DNA of 64,000 nt from positions 67,952,001 through 68,016,000 of the forward strand of contig NC_043002.1 in the NCBI RefSeq assembly GCF_006345805.1, given 5' to 3'. The DNA is from Octopus sinensis (Eukaryota). Made by a program: the position numbers and the translations under genes. This document shows, piece by piece, positions 11,433 to 23,345 of this stretch. Below the pieces are notes generated by a model, which worked only from the letters and a program-made list of their open reading frames with translations, was not told the DNA's origin and did no database searches. How positions within the stretch are numbered: position 1 is the stretch's first letter; every line of letters starts with the position of its first letter.

Positions 11433-12773
11433 AAATCGCATAGAGCTAGGTCTATCTTGTTTTTACAAAAATAGCAAAACTCTAATATATATTTTAAATA
11501 GATATCTGTGAGCTCTTCCACTGGTGTTCTTTCTTTCTAATTGTACCTGTTTTAGAACACAAAGATACAAATAGTATTTGTACGTTGCTAAAATTTTAAT
11601 TGACTATATAGTTAATTTAATTTAATTAACCCAACTTAAATCAAATAAATTGCTAATAATCCCTAATTCTATTCTAAGTTTAATAAGTAATGCTACTCCC
11701 TTAATAATAATATAAAGAATTTTCACTATATTTTGAATAAACAATACTCTCACACCTTTTACTATAGAAATTAATTGACCTCTAGGTATAGACCTAAAGT
11801 CTGTCTTACAATGTATAAACATTAGTATAAATAGAAACAATAATAAATAAATAAATAAATAACCTCCTGTTCTAGTGTTGCACTTAAATTTCTTAATGTA
11901 TTTTCCTCTACTGATAGCCTTTGACCCTTTTGATACTTTCTTTTGTTCTCTTTATATTCTTATACCCTCCATTAAGTCTGTAGGTGTGGCAGTTAATAGC
12001 TGTATGATGGTCAAAAATAATGTTCTCTTTTATATATTATAAATCTCAGATTCCTGCAACACTGACCTAGATTTTCTGTCACCACAGAAATAAAATAAAC
12101 TTTGTAAGTTGTGTACTTACACCCCCTTCCTCCCATAATGTCCCATAATGTCCTTATTTGGGCGGTTTTTGCTTCACTGACTTCTTTTAGCCAATCGCTT
12201 CTTCCAACATAGTAGTTTTGTGAAACAAATAGAAGTGTGATCAACATCTTCTCATATATCAGGAAATTACATCTACATTATTATGGATACATTCATCTTC
12301 TCTGAGTATAAAATCTCTCCTCATATCTCCGGAAATTACACCTGCATTATTATGGATGGATTTATCTTTTCTGTGAAGCTAACAAACTTTTTTAAAAACC
12401 TTTTATAAAACTGTGCATCATTAGAGAACATTTGAAGTCTGCTTACAATCTAACTTTGCTTTTCATAGAACTCTCTTCGATACTTCATGAGTGTAGCCTC
12501 ACCCCCTAGGATTTTTGAAAACTCATTTTGTGTTTTGGCTGATGAATACGGGACACTTGTATTTGATGAAATATTTGCAGCTTTTAATAAAGCTGTTCTT
12601 CGTATGAAACAATTGTACTGAACAACTAATCCATTCTTGTTGCTTTTCTCTTGTTTATAATCACCCCACATTATTTTATGGTTAATACCATAAAGATTTC
12701 TGGTGCATCTAAGTTAAGTACCGCATTCATGTGAATTCATTGGAACTCACTTGAATCTTAATTGTTTTTACTG

Positions 12774-12774
<1 letters not shown>

Positions 12775-12827
<53 letters not shown>

Positions 12828-13033
12828 CTATATATATATATATACCAAATTAATAAATAAAACATATGCATATATACATACATATATGTACGTACCTACA
12901 TCTACATGTATATATACATGCATATATGGGTACAGGACACCCAAAAAACATCGAACACAATGAGAAATGAAAACATAAACACAAAACCAAGGAACTGGAC
13001 ATTTATATATATATATATATGTATGCATATATA

Positions 13034-13076
<43 letters not shown>

Positions 13077-13099
13077 ATATATATATATACATATAACAC

Positions 13100-13137
<38 letters not shown>

Positions 13138-13452
13138 ATATATATACATATATATATAATATATACACATATATATATATATATACACATATATATATAT
13201 ATACACATATATATATATATATACACATATATATATATACATAATATTATACACATATATATATATACATAATATATATACACATATATATATACACTAT
13301 ATATATATACATATATATATATACATATATATATATACACATATATATATACATATATATATATATACACATATATATATATACATATATATATATACAC
13401 ATATATATATATACATATATTATATACACACATATATATATTAACACACACC

Positions 13453-13509
<57 letters not shown>

Positions 13510-13547
13510 ACCATATATATATATATAGATATATAATAATATATATA

Positions 13548-13592
<45 letters not shown>

Positions 13593-13595
13593 ATA
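12775..13595. repeat. Compound (TA)n/(CA)n microsatellite, ~800 bp
   Basis: Direct inspection; source of several spurious Y/I-rich ORFs. Confidence 0.95.
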
Positions 13596-13596
13596 A

Positions 13597-13794
13597 TATA
13601 TTAAATTAGAGACAAAACCACTATTATGCAAATCAAACAAGAAAGACTTAAGCCAATACATAAAATAATTTATATAAATTTAGAATTTATTTATAATTGT
13701 TAAATTCTAAATTTAATATAATTATTTTATGTATTGGCTTAAGTCTTTCTTTGTTTGATTTGCATAATAGTGGTTTTGTCTCTAATTTAATATA
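13597..13794. repeat. Near-perfect palindrome (~93-bp arms, 11-nt spacer) at the end of an AT-rich PLE-associated repeat extending to about 13880
   Basis: taaattagagacaaaaccactattatgcaaatcaaacaagaaagacttaagccaatacataaaataa and its reverse complement; 13800-13880 reversed matches 9270-9350. Confidence 0.9.
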
Positions 13795-13881
13795 ATATAA
13801 TATTTTACTATAAAATTGGATTCAATCCTAAATCTGATTTTTCCCTGTAAATTTGGATTTATTCCCTAATATTTATTATTA

Positions 13882-13928
<47 letters not shown>

Positions 13929-14199
13929 ATAGATGTAGTACAAGGTATGAATTAGGATCGAGATTTAATGGAGATTTTGTTGCTCATGACATATTTAACT
14001 ATCTGCAATGTTAATATCAGAAAAGATCAGCTGGTCACCTGATAACTTGACAAATCAGGCAAAAATGTAAGTCAGATGAACTTTATATGCATCCTGAAAC
14101 AAGATAGGCAGTTGGTTCATCGTCATTGTCATCATTAAATGTATGGTTTCCATGCTGGTATATGTTGCATGGTGATAGGATTTGGTGAGCTACAGAGTT

Positions 14200-14410
14200 G
14201 CATCAAGCTCTAAGTGAATATTGAATCTTTCTCTGGTGAAGGATATATCACTGAGCATAGAGTGATGGTCAATAACCTCTGGATAAGAACTCAGATGGAC
14301 ACTGTGACACAAGATAATTTGAGAGAAGAGGGGTATGAAAGCTGAAAGATCCTTCGACTAAACATAGGTTCAAAGAAATATTGGATGTCTTCAACATAAG
14401 TAATGGCAGC
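14200..14410 (+). mobile_element. Degenerate RTE-type LINE fragment (endonuclease end / linker)
   Basis: gtgaatattgaatctttctctggtgaaggatatatcactgagcatagagtgatggtc resembles the RTE V-x-V-x-P-G-E-E-C-x-T-Q-H-R-L-V motif. Confidence 0.45.
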
Positions 14411-14996
14411 AATGACAACTAATATACAACTATGTAATAAATAAAATGTGGATTGGAGGGGAAGGGAAGGCGTGATTTTTTTTACAAACAACAAATTATT
14501 ATATTTTGAGAAGGTCATTATGCCAACAATAAACACACACACACACTGGTTTAATTTCACTTCTTCATTATTATTTTCCAATTGGTTAGCTATTTAACTA
14601 ACTAACTAATTGACTGTTTAATTAACCATTTAGTTAATCATCAATCAGTTGTGTTTGCTGAAGTCCTTTTGTCACCATGCACAACCTCTTCCATGATTGA
14701 AGATGACCTGGCATAAAGAGGGCATGTCATAGAAGAGGTGGTGACAGTGCTGAACGGACTGCGGCAAACACAGATGACTGGTTGATTAACTGACGGATAA
14801 ATCAAATAAGTGATTAGATAGTTGGTAAAAGAAGTGAAATAGAACCAGTGCATGTGTTTATCATTCGTGTAATGACCGTCCCAAGATGCAACAAATCTGT
14901 TTCATTACACAAATTCAAATCAAGAATCATGCAAACCAAATACAAAAACAATGTAAATTATTTTTCAAATTTTAAAATTATTAATATTATACCAAC

Positions 14997-15239
14997 CAAA
15001 ATATATAACACTTTTGACTCGAACTAATGCTAAAGTAACTGAAGAAGCTGCTCTTGAAATCAAACCAGCAATGCATAAGAAGAAGTCATTTGGGTTCAAA
15101 AATTTCTTTAACAATGGGAGAAAAACTATCAAAGATACTCCTCGAACAGCGCTCTCAAGTGCTGAAAAATATCCTACTTCAGTTATAGTTGCTGAGATTG
15201 GAGAGTGCCGCAGATACAACAGATTGATGTCATTTTCAC
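14997..15239 (-). CDS. SLC46A-like: SLC46-family transporter, coding exon 2
   Basis: Acceptor catttttag|GT GAA AAT; encodes (G)ENDINLLYLRHSP...VRVKSVIYF; 243 nt, phase 1 to 1; donor G|GTTGGT. Confidence 0.9.
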
Positions 15240-15528
15240 CTAAAATGATAAAGATGGTTAAATTAACTTCAATTTGAATTCTATTATTAAAATAATAAAC
15301 ATGTGTCTCACAGCAATGATATGTAATGAAGCTAAATGGTAAAAGCAAAATATGATTTTGTTAATAAAATATATTTACAAAAGCCATTTTGAAGTTGAAA
15401 ATAAATACCACATATGTCACTACACCAAAAAAATTTATACCAAAAAAAAATTAAAATTCACAAAATTAGTGGAGGATTACACCAAGTGTAAAGTGTAAAA
15501 TCTGAACCGTAACGTCCATGGTTTACAA

Positions 15529-15935
15529 CAGTAGTTATGAACCTTGGGAAGGGGTCCATATAAAATTTTGTTGTTAAAGCTTATGCGCAAAATAATAAGC
15601 AAAATAATACGCAATATAATAAATACGCAATATAATGACAATACACAAAATAATAAATCTCTGAGCGAGATGGACACAGGACACTTGTCATATAGCCAAC
15701 TAGAAACAGTGTTTCCTGGGGCTAAATAGCAGTAGCATTCTTTCCTTTCTGAGACGGCCACATTAAGTTGGTAACAAACCATCACTCAATACACAAAATG
15801 TTTTTATTTTAATACAGTTCCTAATAATATTCAATTATAAAAATATAATAGGATTTTTTAAAATCATTGAATGGGTATGAATGGGTAAGAATCAATAGGG
15901 GTTCCATAGGTTAAAAAAATGGTTGAGAATCACTG
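15529..15935. mobile_element. hAT-type MITE with 8-bp TSD
   Basis: Termini cagtagttatgaacc / ggttgagaatcactg (CAGTGGTTCTCAACC-like); flanks gtttacaa (15521-15528) and gtttagaa (15936-15943). Confidence 0.75.
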
Positions 15936-17439
15936 GTTTAGAATAACAGCAATTATGATGAAGTACAGCATGACACACTTGTGTAAGACCTGTGGTTCTT
16001 TCAATCAATATTTACTACTGAAACTTACAGCTATAGACATAGGTGTGACTGTGTGCTTAAGACGCTCACTTTGTACAGCTAGATGCCCTTCCTAAAACCA
16101 ATCACTCTGAGAATGTAGTGGGTGCTTTTTATGTGCCACTGGCATTGACCATGCTTGTATGGTGCTTTTTATGTGCCACCAGCACGAGAGCCAGTCTGGT
16201 GGCACTGGCATCGACACACTTAAATGGTGCTTTTTATGTACCTATCAGGTAGTACTGGCTTTGGCCAAGACAACGATTTCTATAATGTGTGCATGTATGT
16301 GTCCATACAGACATACACATAACAGGTTTCCATAATATTTCTGGCTTCAAATTACACTCACAAGACACTGGTTTGTCTGAGGATATTGTAGAAGGCACTT
16401 GCCCAAATGCCATGCAATGAGATAGGATTGAAAACAAACTCTGTATCCAGTTGTGAAGTATTCCAATCCATTGAACCCAAACTAACACATGTAACAAACT
16501 GTTGCGAAATATTACTGGTTTATCTTATACAGGGAATATAGCTCCAAACTTACATTTCAAATAAAAACTTCTAGAGGTCATTTTATGTGTCCATTCACCT
16601 TATAACATTGACATATATATTTAATTTGCTGTTAGTTACACATAACTTTTCATGAAATGTTGTTAATCCACAAAAGTTTAAAAAAAATTTTTTTATCAAT
16701 TTTAAATTAATTTTCATTTATCTCATATAAATGCCATTAAAAGGTAATTTCGTCTATGCAATGTTTATTTAGGGGTGCAGTGAACTCTGGATAGAGCTAG
16801 AACCTATGATGCCTGGCATGCTGCTTCGTGCTTAGCAAGATGAATGTACATCATTAGCACTACACACTAAATCCCTCATGTGCTAGCTTTACATGCCACA
16901 CCCTTGTACACCAGCTCAACTGGTATGCTAAAGCACAAAGGGGTAGTGTTGACACTATACCATGAGGTAGGTAGAGGAACTGCAGCAATGGCCAAGAACA
17001 GAGTGAAGGATTCTTAAGAAAACCAACAACCAGATGTCTGTGACTGAAGGGTACCCACAAATATACATCATAGACCTCAGTTAACAGTCAACATAGACAG
17101 CTCCATACAGTCTCTTTCCTAAAAGCAAGTGACTAGGCTTCAGGTTAGCACCCTGTCCCCAGAAGAACGTCAAGCTATGAAAACAGTTCAACATGCAAAA
17201 GCTTCACAGTAGGCAGGGCAACAGTTGTGTCCATCCAGAGACAGTGACAATGCAGAGGATGGCTGCTGACTGGTCCAACTGGAGTACTTTGACTGCTTCA
17301 CCTGACACAGAAGCTTAAGTAAGTCTAATGCTTGTTTCATAAGTTTGTTTTTTTTAATAAAATGGCAGATTTATGAATAATAGATTTTCATCAGTTATGG
17401 TAGTTAATATTCAATTAGAAAGAAAAATTATTTACTCAC

Positions 17440-18247
17440 CCATTATCAAGAACATCATAACTCCAATAATAACAACTGACAGGAACAAAACAATCCGTAC
17501 ATTTGAGTTCCTTGGTTTAGTGATAAATGATATTAAATCTTTAAAGTGTTGAATTTTGAAAATTGTTAACAAATTTTTGGAGAAAGATTCTCCACTAGTG
17601 TTTATATCTTCGATGACAATGATGCAATAAATTAAAGCAACAATACAACAGCCAGCCATTAGTACATAGATCCAAACAAAGCCAATATATTTTAAAAGGA
17701 TTCCAGACAGAAATACACCTATGGTTCCAGAAAAAAATATCATAGACTCAACAATTCCAATGCGAATAGTACGGAATTTAATATCTGTGACATGAGTGGC
17801 ATAGCTTAAAATAGCCATCAGCATCCCAATGTAGCCTCCCAAAAGCCCAGAGAGAAAATAACCCAAAAGTATATATGCTATGGGTACATTTTCTAAGTAA
17901 GAAACTAATGCACACACACAAAACAACAATACGTTTCCTATAATAGGAAGAATGATAACAATTTTGCGACTAACTTTATCACTAAATGGACCAAAGAAGA
18001 AACTAACAAATGTAGAAGGAATTAGAAGTACAACGTTGCAGTATAAAATCCAATTTGAAGTTTGTCCTTGTACATAGTTTTCTTCTGAAGTAAATGACCC
18101 ATTGCCCAGGACGGAACATATAGATGCATTGAAATTTTTTAAACATATTCGACTGTAAAATAAACTTTGAAATACTGCTGCATTCATAAATTGTGTGAAC
18201 ATGTACAAAAAGAGGATGGGTTCCACAATGGTTTTGATGGGAGGCAT
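17440..18247 (-). CDS. SLC46A-like: SLC46-family MFS transporter (PCFT/SLC46A3-like), first coding exon (about TM1-TM7)
   Basis: ORF 17432-18394 contains MPPIKTIVEPILFLYMF...FFGPFSDKVSRKIVIILPIIG...SGLLGG...RTIRIGIVES, typical of SLC46. ATG at 18247; acceptor ttttccag before 18282 (implies an upstream UTR exon); donor G|GTGAGT at 17440/17439, phase 1. Confidence 0.93.
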
Positions 18248-19384
18248 CTTGGAGTTGAAGAAAAGCCAACTGTGTAATTTCACTGGAAAAGAAAACAAAA
18301 AAAAAAGAGACAATATAAAATTATAAGCATGGACGTGTGTGTGTGTGTGTGTGTGCATGTGCCAAAATTTGAAACCAATATTATTTAGGTACAATAATTA
18401 TAATTTTACCTCTTGTACATATCATAGTGCTTCTATAAAGTAATTAAATGAAATATTTTCAATATAGAAGTATTTATTAAACTAAACCAAAAACAAATTT
18501 CTCATAGGCGTAGGAGTGGCTGTGTGGTAAGTAGCTTGCTTACCACATGGTTCCGGGTTCATTCCTACTCTGTGGCACCTTGGGCAAGTGTCTTCTACTA
18601 TAGCTTCGGGCAGACCAAAGCCTTGTGAGTGGATTTGGTAGATGGAAACTGAAAGAAGCCCATCGTATATATGAATATATATATGTGTATATGTTTGTCC
18701 CCCCAACATCACTTGACAACCGATGCTGGTGTGTTTATGTCCCCGTAACTTAGTGGTTCGGCAAAAGAGACCAATAGAATAAGTACTAGGCTTACAAAGA
18801 ATAAGTCCTGGGGTCGATTTGCTTGACTAAAGGCGGTGCTCCAGCATGGCCACAGTCAAATGACTGAAACAAGTAAAAGAGAGAGAAAGAGAGAGAGTCA
18901 GAGTGTTAATGTTGCTCCCCTTGATGGAAAGGATTGGCCTGCAAGAACCCTGTGCTGGTGCCACGTAAAAAGCACTCGTGCCAGTGCCATGTGCGAGTGT
19001 TCATGCTAGTACTACATTAAAAGCACATGCTATAAAGGGGATGTCATTAGGAAGGACATCCAGCTGATGAAACCAAGCCAAATTAAACCAAAACTTGGTG
19101 CAGCTCTCCTGCTTGCCATCTTTGGTCAAACCATCCAATCCATGCCAGTATGGAAAATGAACATTAAAGGATGATGATGATGGTGGTGATAGTAGCAATA
19201 ATATTGATTAAAAATCAATTGTATACAAATGTAACATTATTTCTCATATGACAGGCGACACTCTAGCTTTTACATAGTAAATCAAAAAAGAGAAAATATA
19301 TCTAATAAAATCAGAGTTATCTTGTTTTAGGAAACAGAGAAAGAGATGTACAGAGATAAATTACCAATTATAACTGATATTCCA

Positions 19385-19600
19385 TTGGTTACGACGATGA
19401 GGTCTCCAGTTGATCTCATCAATGGAACAGCCTGCTTGGGAAATTAACATACAAGTGGCTGAGTACACCAGAGATTCGTGTGCTCTTAACCTAGTTCTCA
19501 CAGAGATTCAGCATGACACAGAATGTGACAAGGCAGCCCTTTGAAATACAGGTACTACTCATTTTTGCCAGCTGACTGCACCGGAACAATGTGAAATAAA
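19385..19600 (-). mobile_element. Core-domain SINE family F (also about 33250-33520, 55820-55975, 61860-62155)
   Basis: Shared aatggaacagcctgct..gaaattaac..caagtggctgag and ttttgccagctgagtggactgg blocks in several copies. Confidence 0.65.
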
Positions 19601-19617
19601 GTCTCTCTCTCTCTCTC

Positions 19618-19675
<58 letters not shown>

Positions 19676-19791
19676 TCATCATCATCATCATCGTTTAACG
19701 TCCGTTTGACCGGGGTCTGGGAAGCCAGAGGCTGCACAGGCTCCAGTCTGATCTAGCAGTGTTTCTACAGCTGGATGCCCTTCCTAACACC

Positions 19792-19829
<38 letters not shown>

Positions 19830-19952
19830 GAGGTGTGTTCTGTTAAGAACGTATAAGAGTACAAATAGAGCTCGTTCACCCTTAGAATTCCCAAATAGCC
19901 AGTAGTATTCTTATGGTATGCTACCAATTCTAGTCTTAGGTATTCCTCATGT

Positions 19953-20208
19953 ATAAAAGTAAAGAGAGTCAAAAGGAAATGTAAGTACGGTTAGGCAGCA
20001 TGGAAATCTAGATTTTACAGAGACAGCAACTGAGTATCACCAGAGGAGATACATATAGATCTTCTGATACAGGTAAATCGTTACATAATTTAATTTAAAC
20101 TTAACTTTAAATCCTGTATATATGAGGATCTGTATGTATCGAAACATTTGTAGCAATTAAAAATCTGCCTAACCGTACTTACTCTTCCTTTTGACTCTTA
20201 CTTTTTAT
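19953..20208. mobile_element. Fold-back element with ~45-bp terminal inverted repeats
   Basis: aaagtaaagagagtcaaaaggaaatgtaagtacggttaggcag versus ctgcctaaccgtacttactcttccttttgactcttactttt; inner inverted pair gatacatatagatc / gatctgtatgtatc. Confidence 0.75.
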
Positions 20209-20414
20209 TTCATATATATATTAGAATTATATATATATAGGCACAGGCGTGGGTGTATGGTAAGGAGCTTGCTTCCTAACCACATGATCCCGGGTTCAGT
20301 CCCACTGCATGGCACCTTGGGCAAATGTCTTCTACTATAGTCTTAGGCCAACCAAAGTCTTGTGAGTGGATTTGGTAGACAGAAACTGAAAGAAGCCCAT
20401 CGCACATATATCTA

Positions 20415-20462
<48 letters not shown>

Positions 20463-21439
20463 GTATATAAATAAATAAATAAATATATAGCTGAAATTTT
20501 CAGAACAACAAAAGACAAACACAGGTTTATGAACAACAAGCAAGTGTATTAGTTTGATGCTCGATGTTTGTGTGACGACCGATGTTGGTGTGTTTACATC
20601 CCCATAACTTATTGGTTCGGCAAAAGAGACCGATAGGATAAGTACGAGGCTTACAAAGAATAAGTCAATTTGTTCAACTAAAGGCAGTGCTCCAGCATGG
20701 CTGCAGACAAATGAGTGAAACAAATAAAAGAATATCTTTTATCTTTTACTTGTTTCCGTCATTAGACTGAGGCCAAGCTGGGGTACTGCTCTGAAAAACT
20801 TTTAGTCGAATAAATCGACCCTAGGACCTTTTTTTAAGCCTGATACTTATTTTCTCAATCTTGTTGCTGATCTGCTAAGTTATGGGGTATGTAAACACAC
20901 CAACACCAGTTGTCAAGTAGTGGTGGGGAATAAACACAGAAACAAAGACACATACCCCCCACAAACACACACATGTACGATGGGCTTTTTCAGTTTCTGT
21001 CTATCAGACCCATTCACAAAGCTTTGGTTGGCTTGAGGCTATAGTAGAAGATACTTGCCCAAGGTGCCACACGGTGGGACTGAATGCAAAAACCATGTAG
21101 TTAGGAAGCAAGTTTCTTACCACACAGCCATATATATAGCATCACCATTTATATCTGTTTATCCATGAGATAAATCTAAATCACAATAAGTTAATTTATT
21201 AACATATCTGGTTCAATGAAAATTAAAATAAAAAAATTTTTAACAAATCAAGGCCTGATAAGGTAAAAACTCAGACACACCAGCAAGTGTCACTGAACTA
21301 AAGTAACATGAAGACCATAGCTTCGCTTGATATGGATGAAATATTCAGATATTAACCAGTGTGTAGTGTTGAAATACAACAGATATGGAATGTATGGCAC
21401 ACTGGATAAATGTTTGCATGTAGGAAAAGATAAACAATT

Positions 21440-21560
21440 CTATATTTAAGAGATGAGGAATTATGTACATTATTTACATTTGACAGATATTTGTCCTCAT
21501 CTTGTCTGTTGTTCACATGTTTCAGCTGATATACCCTCCAGCCTTCATCAGGTGTCTTGA
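21440..21560 (-). ncRNA. Dispersed repeat carrying a degenerate minimal hammerhead motif (second, core-truncated copy at 63664-63766)
   Basis: Minus strand GACAC-CTGATGA-A-GGCTG-GAGGGTATAT-CAGCT-GAAA-C...; the 63.7-kb copy supplies GAAA-CG-TT-GTGTT, which completes stem I with GACAC. Confidence 0.6.
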
Positions 21561-22159
21561 GGAAACATATATATATAGTCCTGGACACCGCTCTGTTAAA
21601 CGCAGAAAATTTCTGTCTTGCTATTGGCTAAAAATACATTTATTTTTTTAATTTTTAAACCTCTGTAACTTTTTTCTCCAATTTTTTTCTCCACATCATA
21701 CCTTCAAAGCAATGAGACTGGAAGGCTACATTATTATAGCCAATTTTCAGATTTTTTACTGTCTTTTAAAAAATGCATATTTTGTCAATGAAAAAAACTA
21801 GATTCTATTTATGTATTCCATCAACGAAATCCTGAGAACCCGGGATCATGTGGTTAGGAAGCATGTGGTTTTTCACAAGGGATTTTGCGGTTTCTTTACA
21901 TTTATATGTGTATATATATATATATATAGCAATTGCAGCTTCGAAGATATTTATTAGCCATTCAAGGAAAACAAAAGAGCCATTAGATTCACTTCAACAT
22001 TTGAATTTAATTAGTGTCAAAATATTTTTGTTGCTCTGAAACTGTGACCTGTTCATTGACAAAACTTTATGCTGCATTCCACACTGCAATTATTTTTGCT
22101 TCAGCACAAGATCTCAGATCAAGTCACTTGCTATGCAAGTACATCTCTGTAATTTAATT

Positions 22160-22560
22160 TTCATTGTTCAACCAGCGTCACAGACAAAATTTATCCAGGA
22201 CAGATTTAACTGACAGAGTATTTAATATGAAACTTAGGGATCTCTTGCATGATATTTTGGAGAAAAATGTTTTGGGAGAGGTTGCAGGGTACATGTGGAC
22301 TATAGAGTTTCAAAAGCATGGACTAACCCATTGTCACATGTTGTTCATATCAAAAAAAGATCCAGCACATTACGATAAATTTGTTTAAGCAGAACTTCCA
22401 AATCCACAAACACAACCGATTATGTTTCAACATGTCACCAAAAGCATGCTACATGATCTATGGGGAAGAGATAAACCTAATGCAACATATATGGTTGATG
22501 GGAAATGTAAAAAACATTTCTCTAGAAACTTTCAGGAAAATACATTACAGTTATAATGGC
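22160..22560 (+). mobile_element. Helitron Rep (HUH) domain pseudogene fragment
   Basis: RVFNMKLRDLLHDI...YMWTIEFQKHGLTHCHML (cf. IEFQKRGLPHAHIL), then AELP and MVDGKCKKHFSRNF in the next frame. Confidence 0.88.
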
Positions 22561-23345
22561 AAGTTATATGTCTGGCAAGAGAATTGACCTGTCCCTATTG
22601 ACCAATTTCAGTTGTTTAATTGTAAGTCCACTCATCATTTCATCCAATTTGTTGATGTATACATCTGCTGTAATTGACTTACCAAGTCTCATGAAACTGT
22701 AATAGATGACACCAGTGCTGGACCACCAAACTGACAACATTAACTTTTTTTGGTGAATATTTGTTTTTGGATTGTGTTCATCTCTATCCAGCCACCATGC
22801 AGAACACTTGCTATTGTTGAAAAAAATCCATTTTTCATCATATGTAACAATACGACGCAAAAATGGTTCGCTTTATGTCATGACAGCAAAGAACAGCAAG
22901 TTTCAAAACGACAAGTCATTTCATGCTCATTCAGTTCGTGTGGTATCCACTTGTCCAGCTTCTTTACTTTGCCAATTTATTTCAGATGGTCCAATACAGT
23001 TGGAATCGAAACATCAAACCTTGCTGCTAACTCACGCAGTTTGAGATGTATTCACTTCCACTACAGTTTCCAGCTCACCATTATCCACCTTGGTCTCAGG
23101 TCTACTATGGGGTTGATTTTCAAGAGCAAAGTCACCAGACCGGAACTTCTCAAAACATTGATGTACAGTGCGCACATTTGCCACATCTTCACCAAACACC
23201 TTATTGATGTCTTGAGCTACATGCGATGCATTGGTTCCACAACAGAACTCATATTCATAAACAACACAAATTTTTGATTTATCCATGGGTTCACTAAAAT
23301 TGATCTACAAGAGAAAACTCACAATATAATCAGACTCCATGAATT
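22560..23345 (-). mobile_element. Mariner (Tc1/mariner) transposase pseudogene, 3-prime truncated and frameshifted
   Basis: HTH RTVHQCFEKFRSGDFALEN (cf. WF-KFRSG) and catalytic RIVTYDEKWIFFNN...KKLMLSVWWS motifs. Confidence 0.92.

Noticed and set aside
12828-13661. 277-aa ORF and the many other Y/I/C/V/H/T-rich ORFs in the track
   Set aside because: They are translations of (TA)n/(CA)n microsatellites, which lack stop codons in some frames.
16780-16870. Possible HDV-like ribozyme at the 5-prime end of an RTE-like segment
   Set aside because: I could not place P1, P2 and P3 in the required nested order; only isolated motif resemblance.
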